From: an uncultured cyanobacterium | GTDB taxonomy: Bacteria > Cyanobacteriota > Cyanobacteriia > Pseudanabaenales > Pseudanabaenaceae | NCBI GenBank assembly: GCA_963703315.1 | Contig: OY969811.1 | Span: 4,320,001-4,384,000, forward strand | DNA: 64,000 nt | Direction: 5' to 3' | Part shown: piece after piece, positions 1 to 10,028 of the stretch | Layout: the number at the start of each line of letters is the position of its first letter | Numbering within the stretch: the first letter of the stretch is position 1 | Made by a program: the position numbers and the translations under genes | The notes under the pieces: generated by a model | The model's input: the letters and a program-made list of their open reading frames with translations, nothing else | The model's database searches: none | Told to the model about the DNA's origin: nothing

Positions 1-2
1 TT

Positions 3-1040
3 GATTGCATATTACCGCGTATTCCAGATAAAGAAACATTTGTGCCAATATTTAATCATATTTCTGAGGTTTTATCGCCTTCAGTGCTTGCTGATCAACT
101 TGCAGCCTCTCATCTTGCGATCGCCACAGGAGAAGTCCAAATCTACGAACACAAACTTAAGAAGTATGGTGAATGGGTATATGAGGAAGTGCGAATTAGT
201 CCCTGTAGTAAGGATGAAGTCTTAGTATTGGTCAGGAATATCAGCGATCGCAAACAGGCTGAAGAAGCATTACAGTTAAGTAATGAGAAGTTGATTGCCA
301 CTAATAAAGAACTAGAAAGAGTTACCCGTCTCAAGGACGAGTTTCTAGCGACGATGAGCCATGAATTGCGGACTCCTCTCAATGCAATTTTAGGGATTTC
401 TGAAGGATTGTTAGAAGAGGTTTTTGGCGAACTTAATCAACGTCAAAACAACTCGTTAGTCACAATTCACAAAAGTGGACAACATCTTTTAGAACTGATT
501 AATGACATATTAGATGTTGCCAAGATTGAATCAGGAATGTTTAATTTAGAGCTAACATCAGTACCAGTAAAGTATCTATGTGATGGGAGTATTAGCTTTG
601 TTAAGCACCAAGCATCTCAAAAGAATATTCAATTAAATCTAGTGATTCATCAAGATGTACCATCTGCAATCATGATCGATGAACGCAGAATGCGGCAGTT
701 ACTGATTAATTTGTTAAGTAATGCTGTTAAGTTTACACCGAAGGATGGCATCGTGACGCTAGAGGCGAAATTAAATGTTGGCGTAGAAAGCAAAGCTCAA
801 AAGGAACTTATCTTTGCTGTTTCAGACACGGGTATAGGTATTGCTACGGAAGATATTCATAAACTCTTTCATCCATTTGTCCAAATTGATAGTAGCCTCA
901 ATCGTCAATACGCAGGTACGGGATTAGGACTCAATTTAGTGAAAAAACTTGCAGAATTACATGGTGGCAAGGTGAGTGTAAAAAGCAGTATTGGGAAAGG
1001 TAGCTGCTTCACGGTTAGCTTGCCGCATAATATCAAGTGA
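3..1040 (+). CDS. Sensor histidine kinase (PAS/PAC-HisKA-HATPase), 5'-partial
   Basis: H-box MSHELRTPLNAI, N-box NLLSNAVKFT, G1 DTGIGI, G2 GTGLGL. The frame is open back to the window start. Confidence 0.9.
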   Translation, partial: DCILPRIPDKETFVPIFNHISEVLSPSVLADQLAASHLAIATGEVQIYEHKLKKYGEWVYEEVRISPCSKDEVLVLVRNISDRKQAEEALQLSNEKLIATNKELERVTRLKDEFLATMSHELRTPLNAILGISEGLLEEVFGELNQRQNNSLVTIHKSGQHLLELINDILDVAKIESGMFNLELTSVPVKYLCDGSISFVKHQASQKNIQLNLVIHQDVPSAIMIDERRMRQLLINLLSNAVKFTPKDGIVTLEAKLNVGVESKAQKELIFAVSDTGIGIATEDIHKLFHPFVQIDSSLNRQYAGTGLGLNLVKKLAELHGGKVSVKSSIGKGSCFTVSLPHNIK

Positions 1041-1046
1041 ATGCAG

Positions 1047-1078
1047 ATTGATAGCGGCGCTTTGCGCCGCTATCAATT
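1047..1078. terminator. Hairpin with GCGGCGC-TTT-GCGCCGC core between convergent genes
   Basis: ATTGATAGCGGCGC ttt GCGCCGCTATCAAT. Confidence 0.7.
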
Positions 1079-1081
1079 TGA

Positions 1082-2299
1082 TTAGCGATGTCTAATTAGA
1101 AATGAGGGTAAATCCACCTTAGAATTTGGACGTACCGATCGCACTGGTGTTGTTTCTATCAATGCTTGGGGCGATCGCTCTGAGCCATATTCATAAACAG
1201 ACTCATCAGATTGGTTACTTTGAGTCAAATGCTTGACTGGTCTTTCCGCCAACAAACGCTCCAAAGCGCCACTAAGCTGTAAAGCATGATGCTGATGACG
1301 TACTGATTGCTCTTTCCAATGCTGAATCGCTGCCTCATATTCAGATGCTTTTGAAGCTTGATGTAGAACTTGAGACTGCAACTCTTCAATCTGTTGTTGT
1401 AAATCTTGTACTCGCGTAAGATCGCTAACATATTCATTCTCTAAACCACGCAGAGATTGTTGCAACTGTGCTTGATTGGAAAGATGCCGAATTAGTTCTT
1501 CCTCAGACTGTTCCCTTTGATTGGTGGCTTCTGATAACTTGATTTGAGCAATCTCAAGGGTTTTAGTAGATTCTTTAAGCAAAATTTGAGTTGATTCTAA
1601 CTCTTCGGTTAAGGTTTGTTGCAGAATATCTAACGCAGTATTTTTACTCTGTAATTGATTAATTAACTCAGCTTTGTCATGAATCTCTTGCAAATATTGC
1701 TGACTAATTTTCTGGGCTTCAATTTCTAGGGCGATCTCCAAACGATGCTGAAATTCTTCTTCTAGTTGTAAAACGTGAATTGCTAAGCGATCGCTTAATT
1801 CTTGATCAGCTAAAACTGGCGGATGATCTGGCAAATCTGAGATTTGTTTTTGTAGTTGTTCAAGCTGAGTGGCGAGTTCTGTAACTTGGCGATCGCGATC
1901 ATTGGTAACACTAATAATTTCTTGTTCTAGTTGATCGACATATTCACATTCAAATTGGTGTTGCGATCGCAGATCTTCGAGTTCTTTGTGGAGGCGATCG
2001 CGTTCTATAGTTAATTCGGCAATTTCAGGTGGGGGAGTTTGCTCAATATTCGGTGATGTGTGACCTAATTCAAGGGGCGCATCTACAAGCCAGTCATCAG
2101 CGAAAGCATCAACCGCAAAATCATCGACATCATCTAAATGCTCTAGCAACATATTCGTAATTTCGGCGATCGCTTGCTCTTCTAATACACCACCATTAAG
2201 GAGAGCCTCAAGCTCATCGTCTTCATTAACAGGTTCTGCCTTAACTGCAACTTCTCGTAGTGCTGCTTCGCGGTTTAATTCACTCACGGATAACCTCAC
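1082..2299 (-). CDS. Acidic coiled-coil hypothetical protein
   Basis: 405-aa ORF with long Q/E/L heptad stretches, ending KVDLPSFLIRHR; start codon uncertain. Confidence 0.7.
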   Translation of the reverse strand: MRLSVSELNREAALREVAVKAEPVNEDDELEALLNGGVLEEQAIAEITNMLLEHLDDVDDFAVDAFADDWLVDAPLELGHTSPNIEQTPPPEIAELTIERDRLHKELEDLRSQHQFECEYVDQLEQEIISVTNDRDRQVTELATQLEQLQKQISDLPDHPPVLADQELSDRLAIHVLQLEEEFQHRLEIALEIEAQKISQQYLQEIHDKAELINQLQSKNTALDILQQTLTEELESTQILLKESTKTLEIAQIKLSEATNQREQSEEELIRHLSNQAQLQQSLRGLENEYVSDLTRVQDLQQQIEELQSQVLHQASKASEYEAAIQHWKEQSVRHQHHALQLSGALERLLAERPVKHLTQSNQSDESVYEYGSERSPQALIETTPVRSVRPNSKVDLPSFLIRHR

Positions 2300-2400
2300 C
2301 TACAATACCGAGGTATTTTTACAAGACAAACATTACCAGACTTTGCCTAGTTTGCAATTATTTTTCTGATGTTCAGGGCTTTGATAGTTCTGGGGCAGAT

Positions 2401-2739
2401 TTAATTGATGATCACGCTAAAGGTTTGCGTAACCAAATTCACAAAATCCTCTGGCAAAACTTCTCCCGTTGTTTTCCACCAACGTTGATTAAGATCAAGC
2501 GATCGCACTTGCTCGGCAATAACCGAACCCTGTATTTTGAAACCTTCAGGAAGGGGAATCATCAACTTAATGTCAGGCTTAATGGTACTGGTAATTGGCA
2601 TCACAATCACAATGCCTTGACGACTGGCGTTATATTTTGTGTGACTAATTACTAGACATGGACGCGCATTGCCCGATTGCTCCCTGCCTTGAGTGGGATT
2701 CAAGTTAACTCTGATAATTTCCCCTCGTTGAATATTCAT
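2401..2739 (-). CDS. mazF: PemK/MazF-family endoribonuclease toxin
   Basis: RGEIIRVNLNPTQGREQSGNARPCLVIS...VMPITS...EQVRSLD signature; overlaps the antitoxin by 4 nt. Confidence 0.9.
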   Translation of the reverse strand: MNIQRGEIIRVNLNPTQGREQSGNARPCLVISHTKYNASRQGIVIVMPITSTIKPDIKLMIPLPEGFKIQGSVIAEQVRSLDLNQRWWKTTGEVLPEDFVNLVTQTFSVIIN

Positions 2740-2987
2740 AGTATTTCTTGACCAACTGGTTCACTGGCTATGAAATCATTTACATCTTCGGGGTAACGAA
2801 AATCATTAGGAATTGTTGATAGCAACTCATCAAGAGTTAATGTTTTTGTCTTTTTCGTAATTATTAGGGTTCCCTTGAACTCCGTAAGTTCAATTGTTGA
2901 ATTTTCATCAATCCCAAAACTCTCAGCGATTTTGTGTGGAATTAGGAATCCAATACTATTTCCCCATTTTTTAAGTTGAATATCCAT
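2736..2987 (-). CDS. mazE: AbrB/MazE antitoxin
   Basis: MDIQLKKWGNSIGFLIP...TLDELL...GQEIL; ATG at 2987 preferred. Confidence 0.9.
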   Translation of the reverse strand: MDIQLKKWGNSIGFLIPHKIAESFGIDENSTIELTEFKGTLIITKKTKTLTLDELLSTIPNDFRYPEDVNDFIASEPVGQEIL

Positions 2988-3009
2988 AGAATTAATGATA
3001 GTCAATTAG

Positions 3010-3024
3010 TTATACAATGTATAA
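3010..3024. promoter_or_regulatory. Probable mazEF autoregulatory operator
   Basis: Palindrome TTATACA-A-TGTATAA 23 bp upstream of the antitoxin ATG. Confidence 0.6.
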
Positions 3025-3145
3025 TAACATTCTAAACCTGTGATTGTGGTTATCATGTTGTTTTAAATCAACTTGCCAAATTAGCGATCGCCTTAAGCAG
3101 ACCAAATAGCCAATAATAGTAGGATAGCTCCTACTAACTCAATAT

Positions 3146-4255
3146 ATGTTAAACAGAATCTACATAGATAATTTTCGCTCTCTTGTCAATTTTGAGATTT
3201 CCTTTGATTCTATTAACCTATTCCTAGGTGCAAATGGTTCAGGTAAATCAACTGTCTTTGATGCTATTCATAAGATTAAAGTATTAACTTCAGGTACATC
3301 CAAATTAGAGACTTTATTTGTTGTTACTGATTGCTGTCGCTGGCAGATATCTAAAGTTCAAAATTTTGAGATAGAAATAAATGGGAATGGAGGTATATAC
3401 AAATATGAACTTTCTATAAATCATGATAGTCAACACAAAACAGCTATTGTCTATGAACGACTATGGTTTAATAATAACCCCTTACTGAAGTTTGATTTAG
3501 GAGACCTTTATATATACAATGACGATCATATAGAAACATCAAGAATTACTGAATTTACTCCACTAACATCAGTGATTGCTCTTTTTGCTCCTTTACACAA
3601 AAAATCATCTTGGTTTCAAACATATATATCTAAATTTATAGTCATACAGATTGTTCCATCTTTGATGGTCAATAGTAGTGATTGGGAGACTTTTTCTGTA
3701 TCTCCTAACATGGAAAACTATGCATCTTGGTATAGATACCTTTCACAAGATCAAGGAAAAATATTTGAGATTACAAAAATTTTAAGAGATGTTTTAGATA
3801 AATTTTTAGCATTTAAATTTGAAAGATATAGTGATGTAGATTATGCTCTAAAGCTAGTCTTTACAAGTGAACTATATGACAAAAAAATAATTGAATATTA
3901 CTTTGATGAACTGTCTGATGGGCAAAGAGTAATTATAGCTTTATATACATTAATCTATGGAACTCAGAATGAAGACTATACATTATTAATTGATGAGCCA
4001 GAAAACTTTTTAGCACTACCAGAAGTACAACCTTGGCTAGATCAATTGTATGATCTTTGTAGTGAAAAGAAGTTGCAAGCTATTCTCATTTCTCACCATC
4101 CTAAACTCATTAATTTTCTAGCAGCAGATGCAGGCTACTGGTTTGAACGCAAGGGCAATTCTCCAGTAAGAGTTAGGCGGATCAAAGACGAGGATGATAC
4201 TGGATTACCAATCTCTGACCTAGTAGAACGTGGTTGGCTGTATGACCCAGAATAG
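3146..4255 (+). CDS. AAA_21/ABC-type ATPase (AbiEii/AriA-like)
   Basis: Walker A GANGSGKST, signature LSDGQ, Walker B LLIDEPE, H-loop ISHHP. Confidence 0.85.
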   Translation: MLNRIYIDNFRSLVNFEISFDSINLFLGANGSGKSTVFDAIHKIKVLTSGTSKLETLFVVTDCCRWQISKVQNFEIEINGNGGIYKYELSINHDSQHKTAIVYERLWFNNNPLLKFDLGDLYIYNDDHIETSRITEFTPLTSVIALFAPLHKKSSWFQTYISKFIVIQIVPSLMVNSSDWETFSVSPNMENYASWYRYLSQDQGKIFEITKILRDVLDKFLAFKFERYSDVDYALKLVFTSELYDKKIIEYYFDELSDGQRVIIALYTLIYGTQNEDYTLLIDEPENFLALPEVQPWLDQLYDLCSEKKLQAILISHHPKLINFLAADAGYWFERKGNSPVRVRRIKDEDDTGLPISDLVERGWLYDPE

Positions 4256-4772
4256 ACAAACTATCGTAATTTTATGTGAGGATAGCCAGCAGTATCTCTT
4301 TGCTCGATATTTTCTCCAGAGAAAAGGATTTACTGGACACTTTGTAGCTCAAATCTGCCCTAGTGGAAAACAATCGGGAGAGCAATACGTTCGTGAAAAC
4401 TATGCAGCAGAAGTTAAAGGCTATCGTAGCCAAAAAAATCGAAAAAAAATTTGCTTGGTAGTGGTTATCGATGCAGATACACTTACTGTTGCAGAACGGA
4501 TTCGGCAATTGGAGATGACTCTGCAAGAAAAACGTCAGCTTAAAGAGAATATCGCAATATTTGTCCCCAAAAGAAATATTGAGACTTGGATACATTATCT
4601 CCAATCAGGAGAACCTATTGATGAAATTGCTGCTTATAGCAAACTTATAAATCAAGGAGAATGCAAGCCATTTGTTGAAAAGCTAGCCGATCAATGTGTA
4701 CAAAGTTTACCTACTAATGCACCGCCATCACTGCATGATGCTTGTATGGAACTAAAGCGAATCATTGAGTAG
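4242..4772 (+). CDS. TOPRIM-like partner of the ATPase (DUF4276/RloB/DUF4435-like)
   Basis: IVILCED, VVIDAD and NIETW motifs; overlaps the ATPase stop codon. Confidence 0.7.
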   Translation: MTQNRQTIVILCEDSQQYLFARYFLQRKGFTGHFVAQICPSGKQSGEQYVRENYAAEVKGYRSQKNRKKICLVVVIDADTLTVAERIRQLEMTLQEKRQLKENIAIFVPKRNIETWIHYLQSGEPIDEIAAYSKLINQGECKPFVEKLADQCVQSLPTNAPPSLHDACMELKRIIE

Positions 4773-5537
4773 TTGTTTGATTCTTTCGGGACTTAATATA
4801 TTTATATATCTTTCCAAAGCAAATAAAACTTTTTCAGCAATTAGCAAAACAAAATCTTCTTTATTCCTCTCAGATTGTACCTTTTCTAAAGCGTCATAAT
4901 AAGCCATCCGACTATCATAATCACCACCAATAATTGCTAAGGGAAAACCATATTGCAACAGAATTAAATTCATGATTAAGCGCGAAGTTCTACCATTGCC
5001 ATCAATAAAAGGATGAATAGTCACTAACCTTTCGTGCATTTCTGCTGCTAAAACTACTGGATGCAGATGATCCTTTGCTTGATCATAAAATCGGAAATAT
5101 TCCTCCATCAAATCCTGTAATAAATAGGGTTGTGGCGGTAAATGCTTACTTCCTGCGATCGCTACGGGTAACTTACGATAAACTCCTGCATTTTCGCGAT
5201 CGATTCCATACAGGACTATTCCATGAATTTGTTTAAGAATATATTCTGACAAATCGACCTTTTGAGAAACAAGATCATCAATAAACAAAATTGCCTCTTT
5301 ATGATTAATTGCTTCCAAATGCTCACGCATACTCTTGCCACTAATCGTCATTCCTTCATTGATGACTAATTGAGTTTCACGTAACGTTAAAGTATTACCT
5401 TCGATGCGATTACTTTCATACAAAAATTCAACTTCTAAAGCTTCTTTAATCGTGGCATTATCTAAAGATTGACGCAAAATATCTAGCTCTACTTTGAGTC
5501 GATCAATATCAGCAAGGATTGATTCTATTGTTCTCAT
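4752..5537 (-). CDS. Fic-family protein (class II, auto-inhibited)
   Basis: HPFIDGNGRTSR catalytic motif and N-terminal SNRIEG inhibitory motif. Confidence 0.9.
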   Translation of the reverse strand: MRTIESILADIDRLKVELDILRQSLDNATIKEALEVEFLYESNRIEGNTLTLRETQLVINEGMTISGKSMREHLEAINHKEAILFIDDLVSQKVDLSEYILKQIHGIVLYGIDRENAGVYRKLPVAIAGSKHLPPQPYLLQDLMEEYFRFYDQAKDHLHPVVLAAEMHERLVTIHPFIDGNGRTSRLIMNLILLQYGFPLAIIGGDYDSRMAYYDALEKVQSERNKEDFVLLIAEKVLFALERYINILSPERIKQLLNDSL

Positions 5538-5553
5538 AAATTCAGAATGTAAA

Positions 5554-7053
5554 TTACATCGCACCTAAAGCCTTTAACAAAGCTGCAAATTTAATCGTAG
5601 TTTCACTTTGCTCATTTTCCACTTGCGAATTTGCCACAATTCCTGCACCTGCAAAAATTCTTGCCCGATCGCCTTGAATATATCCCGATCTAATTCCGAC
5701 ACCAAAAGTCCCTTCACCATTACTATTTAGCCAACCAATTGGAGCCGCATACCAACCGCGATCGCAAGCCTCCCATTGCTGCATAAAACAAACTGCGCGA
5801 TCTCGTGGCACACCACCCACTGCCGCCGTCGGATGTAACTGCTGTAAAATATCGAGAGCAATTAACCAATCGGGATTATTAATTTGAGCCGTAATCGGTG
5901 TGTGTAAATGCTGCACATTAGATAGTTTGAGCAAACTTGTTTTTACACGCGGATCGATCGCTGCTCCCATACTTTGAAGGCGATCGCAAATGGAACGAAT
6001 CACAAACTGATGCTCGCGCATATCTTTGTCACTATTGAGCAAATAATCACCTAGCATTTGATCTTCTTGCACTGATTTACCACGCTGAATTGAACCTGCT
6101 AGGGCATCACTGCGTAAACAGAGGCGATCGCCTTGCATTTTAAATTGCAAAACCACTTCAGGAGTTGCACCCAAAAATGTTTTTCCCATGCCGCAATCTA
6201 ACAAAAAAGAGATGCACTCAGGATATTCACAGCGCAAGACGTGCAGCACCTGAAACGGGTCAAAATCGCGATCGGCAAGAACATCGATCGCCCTTGCTAA
6301 GACGACTTTTTGGAAATGACCTTGATTAATTAAAGTTAAAGCTTGCTCGACAATTTTTGTCCAAACCTGTGACCCTTGCACCTCAATAATTTTACTTACT
6401 TCATGTAAAGTCGGTGCTTGGTAATGGGAGCTTTCATGCAAATGCGATCGCATATTTTGTAAAAGTTCCAACACTTCATCAGCATCATCCCAAGGCTGAA
6501 TGTAATGATTTAAAGTTAAAGTGCAGTTGGTCGAGCTATGACGCACCATCCACCGAGGAATAAAGAATAGGAGTGTGGGAAACTCAATCTCCGTGGGTTC
6601 AATCGGCATCTGTGGAAAATCGAGACATTCATCGCCATCACTACCATTGCGATAAAATGAAAACGCCCCAAAAATATGAATAGAACTTGCCGATGCTGAT
6701 AATTCCAGATCGGGATTTTGAGCGATGATCGCTTTATCTAAATGCTTCTTAATAAATTTCTTGACACAAGCAAAGCGATCGCTTAAATCATGGTTTGGAA
6801 CAGGTGTCTGAGCAATCGATCCCGCGCCTGCTAAAACCAAATTAGTATTTGGACGTTCCCAGTAAAATTTGGGCTGTTGGGGATCAGACTTACTTGCCAA
6901 CAACAATAAAGGATTATTGCACTCCCAATTTTGAGAGTAACTAAATAAAATCGATGATCCTGTGATCTGCGCTTTAGCGATCGCTTTAACAATCCAATCG
7001 TGCAGAGATTTAGAATCGATGTTGCTATAAGTGACACTCTGACGAACTTGCAT
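5554..7053 (-). CDS. menF: Isochorismate synthase
   Basis: KVVLAR, GATPE, HLHTPI, LHPTAAVGG, RGWYA and AGAGIV chorismate-binding motifs. Confidence 0.9.
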   Translation of the reverse strand: MQVRQSVTYSNIDSKSLHDWIVKAIAKAQITGSSILFSYSQNWECNNPLLLLASKSDPQQPKFYWERPNTNLVLAGAGSIAQTPVPNHDLSDRFACVKKFIKKHLDKAIIAQNPDLELSASASSIHIFGAFSFYRNGSDGDECLDFPQMPIEPTEIEFPTLLFFIPRWMVRHSSTNCTLTLNHYIQPWDDADEVLELLQNMRSHLHESSHYQAPTLHEVSKIIEVQGSQVWTKIVEQALTLINQGHFQKVVLARAIDVLADRDFDPFQVLHVLRCEYPECISFLLDCGMGKTFLGATPEVVLQFKMQGDRLCLRSDALAGSIQRGKSVQEDQMLGDYLLNSDKDMREHQFVIRSICDRLQSMGAAIDPRVKTSLLKLSNVQHLHTPITAQINNPDWLIALDILQQLHPTAAVGGVPRDRAVCFMQQWEACDRGWYAAPIGWLNSNGEGTFGVGIRSGYIQGDRARIFAGAGIVANSQVENEQSETTIKFAALLKALGAM

Positions 7054-7133
7054 GATTATATTTTAGCCATACAACGCCGTTCAGCCACAAAAAGCCTTTG
7101 ATAAATTAGAGAGGTTGACTACGCCCCTTGAAT

Positions 7134-8240
7134 TTATGCAACTAGGTCGTCACCCGTAGCACTTGCCAATTCCTGTAAACGCTCCTGTTGATCTTTAGAA
7201 ATACAACTTTGAATTACTTCCTCCAATTCACCTTCCAGAATTGGGGGCAAAGTAAAGTTCTGTCCCAGACGATGCTCCGTGAGGCGACTATCTTTATAGT
7301 TATAAGTGCGAATTTTTTCGGAGCGAGAACCAGTACCAACCTGCGATCGCCGCATGGATGTAATTTCGGCTTGTTGTTCTCGCAACTTGATTTCATAGAG
7401 CTTTGCCCGCAAAATCTGCATTGCGCGCTCTTTGTTTTGTAACTGCGATCGCTCTTCCGTACAGAAAATTCTAATCCCCGTCGGTTTGTGAAATAAGTCG
7501 GCGGCTGTTTCCACCTTGTTGACGTTCTGACCGCCCGCACCACCCGATCGCGCCGTGGACATTTCAATATCTTTAGGATCGATATGCACTTCAACCGCAT
7601 CTACTTCGGGCATCACTGCCACTGTTGCTGTTGATGTATGCACACGTCCTTGTGACTCAGTTGCTGGGACGCGCTGAACTCGATGCACGCCTGACTCAAA
7701 CTTGAGTTTGCTATAAACGCGATCGCCCTGCACTTCAATGATCGCTTCTTTAAAGCCACCCATTTCTGCCAAAGTCTCACTGACCATCTTCACTCGCCAG
7801 CCTTGACGCTCGGCATAGCGCGTATATAGCCGCACCAAATCTCCAGCCCAGATTCCAGCCTCATCACCACCTGTACCCGCACGAATTTCCAGCATGATGT
7901 TCTTGTCATCATTAGGATCTTGGGGTAGTAATAAGATTTGGAGTTTCTGCTCTAGTTCTTCTAATTTAGTGGATAATTCCTCGACCTCCAGAGCCGCCAT
8001 TTCCTTAAGTTCAGGGTCATTAGACTCCTTCAGGATTTCTTGTGACTCTTTATAATCCTGCTCCGCCTTCCGAAAAGTCTCGTAGGTCAGTACTGTCTCT
8101 TCCAACGAAGCCCGCACCTTCGCAATGCGCTGAAACTCGCCGTGATCGGTCGCCACGTCAGGATCACCCATCCGACGAGTCAGTTCATTGAAGGTTTGTT
8201 CAACAGATTCAAGCTTTTTGATTAAATAAGCAGCAGGCAT
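7134..8240 (-). CDS. prfA: Peptide chain release factor 1
   Basis: GGQ motif ([10 protein letters not shown]) and PAT recognition loop (RVPATE). Confidence 0.97.
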   Translation of the reverse strand: MPAAYLIKKLESVEQTFNELTRRMGDPDVATDHGEFQRIAKVRASLEETVLTYETFRKAEQDYKESQEILKESNDPELKEMAALEVEELSTKLEELEQKLQILLLPQDPNDDKNIMLEIRAGTGGDEAGIWAGDLVRLYTRYAERQGWRVKMVSETLAEMGGFKEAIIEVQGDRVYSKLKFESGVHRVQRVPATESQGRVHTSTATVAVMPEVDAVEVHIDPKDIEMSTARSGGAGGQNVNKVETAADLFHKPTGIRIFCTEERSQLQNKERAMQILRAKLYEIKLREQQAEITSMRRSQVGTGSRSEKIRTYNYKDSRLTEHRLGQNFTLPPILEGELEEVIQSCISKDQQERLQELASATGDDLVA

Positions 8241-8331
8241 GGGTTTGGAAATACCACAAAGGAACGTAAAAAATTAGTAAGCCAACAAAACAATGAATTA
8301 ATCCTAAAATTAATTTTAATGGTGGCTATAA

Positions 8332-8559
8332 CTATGCGTCTTTGGCGTTTTCGTCAAACATACCGTACTTACGCAAGAAGCGTTCTACACGACCTTCAGT
8401 ATCGATAATCTTTTGTGTGCCTGTATAGAAAGGGTGATTGCCCGACCATACATCAACATTAATTTCAGGATGAGTAGAACCAATCGTTGCTACCACTTCA
8501 CCGTTACAAATTACTTTTGCATCGGGATACCACTTCGGGTGAATTCCAGCTTTAGGCAT
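8332..8559 (-). CDS. rpmE: 50S ribosomal protein L31
   Basis: MPKAGIHPKWY...DVWSGNHPFYTG...GRVERF; lies upstream of prfA. Confidence 0.97.
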   Translation of the reverse strand: MPKAGIHPKWYPDAKVICNGEVVATIGSTHPEINVDVWSGNHPFYTGTQKIIDTEGRVERFLRKYGMFDENAKDA

Positions 8560-8654
8560 AGTCTTAGCTATAAAAATCAAAAATTAAGCTTTTCTAGACT
8601 AGCATAGAATTATGCAATTAAAAATGCTAATTAGACTGCAATGGAGATAAACCT

Positions 8655-9326
8655 ATGGTCGTTGCTCAAGTCAAGCCAACATTGCCGAATAAATCTCTAG
8701 ATTCTAAGGATGTAGACTCTAGCTCTCCAGAGCCAAAAGTTTTTGTGACTGTGGAGGAATATCGGGCGATCGCCGAAACCGCCGAAGCACATCTTGAATA
8801 TCGCAACGGAGAAATTATTACTATGTCTGGAGGTTCACCCGCACACAGTCGGATTGCTGTTGATGTCACAACTTTTCTAAATCTTGCCGTTCGCGACACC
8901 AATTTTGAAATTTACAACGGCGATATGCGGATTTGGATTCCTGAGCATCAATGTGGAACCTACGCTGACGTTTTAGTAATCGACGGTGAGCCAGAGTTTA
9001 ATGGCGAGTCCCAAAGGGATGCGTCCCGCCGCACTGATGAAATTCTTAATCCTTTATTGATTGTCGAGGTTTTATCACCATCTACTGAAGGATACGATCG
9101 CGGTGAAAAGTTCAGAAAATATCGCTCTATGCCTAGCTTTTGTGAATATCTCCTCGTTAGTCAAGTAGAACCATATATCGAGCATTATTCTAAGCTTGAG
9201 GGCGATCGCTGGCAGTTAGAAATAAGCGATCGCCTAGATCAAAAAATCACTTTGCCCAGCCTCAAGGTAGATCTGCCAATGCAAGAAATCTATCGGCGCA
9301 TTAAATTTTCAGACACTTCATCGTAA
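8655..9326 (+). CDS. Uma2-family (DUF820) endonuclease with a 7-aa insertion
   Basis: EYRNGEIITM, YADV, IVEVLSPST...DRGEKF...EYLLV. Confidence 0.9.
   Translation: MVVAQVKPTLPNKSLDSKDVDSSSPEPKVFVTVEEYRAIAETAEAHLEYRNGEIITMSGGSPAHSRIAVDVTTFLNLAVRDTNFEIYNGDMRIWIPEHQCGTYADVLVIDGEPEFNGESQRDASRRTDEILNPLLIVEVLSPSTEGYDRGEKFRKYRSMPSFCEYLLVSQVEPYIEHYSKLEGDRWQLEISDRLDQKITLPSLKVDLPMQEIYRRIKFSDTSS
9008..9028. mobile_element. 21-nt in-frame insertion in a HIP1-like site (SDR5-like)
   Basis: GCGA[GTCCCAAAGGGATGCGTCCCG]CCGC; removing the insert gives N-G-D-R-T-D. Confidence 0.6.
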
Positions 9327-9384
9327 GTAATGGTTTACGGTTTTTGGTATGAGAATCACGTAGACTGCACTTAAAATATACTTC

Positions 9385-10026
9385 TCAGACAAGACTTTCA
9401 AGGCGCTCAATCCAACTATTAAACATTAGGCACTCTTGACGAATAGTGACTAAGCCAATATCTAGAGCTATATTTAAGCCATCAGTAATTTTTTCGTATT
9501 TACTGCATATTTGAATAATGCGCTTAGAAGGAGCAGTGTTATACCCGCCATTGATATGCTCTGGGGAATCAAATTCATTTCGGATCTTGATTAATTTACT
9601 GATCATTCTTTCATCATCAAACCAAATTCTAAACATTTCTGGTTTGCTAAACAAAAGGCTTTCAAACTCATGGACTACGATATTAGCAATGAAGTTAGGT
9701 TGTGCAATATCTTCCTGAAATTCTTCTTCAATTGCCTTTGCTCTTTTGATTGAAGATAAACCAGTCGTGAGTTTTGATCTAGGAAAATCTGATGGTAATC
9801 CATAAAAATCAATTAGCGTTGTCACCCACGCAGTAGGGTCTTCTTTACACTTCCTTTCAACTTGAGATTTGACTTTGCCATAAGTTGATATGCCACCTTT
9901 TTGACTGCCATTACTTAAAACAATTGCATTAAGCAAAATACCTAGTTCGACAAAATAGCTAAACAAGACTCTTTTAACAAAAGTTTCTTCAGTTGGTCCT
10001 TCGCAAAAAATATGGACTCTGATCAT
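9385..10026 (-). CDS. DUF4276-family TOPRIM-like protein
   Basis: HIFCEGPTEE, TTLIDFYG, HEFESLL, PEHIN...APSKRI. Confidence 0.85.
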   Translation of the reverse strand: MIRVHIFCEGPTEETFVKRVLFSYFVELGILLNAIVLSNGSQKGGISTYGKVKSQVERKCKEDPTAWVTTLIDFYGLPSDFPRSKLTTGLSSIKRAKAIEEEFQEDIAQPNFIANIVVHEFESLLFSKPEMFRIWFDDERMISKLIKIRNEFDSPEHINGGYNTAPSKRIIQICSKYEKITDGLNIALDIGLVTIRQECLMFNSWIERLESLV

Positions 10027-10028
10027 AT

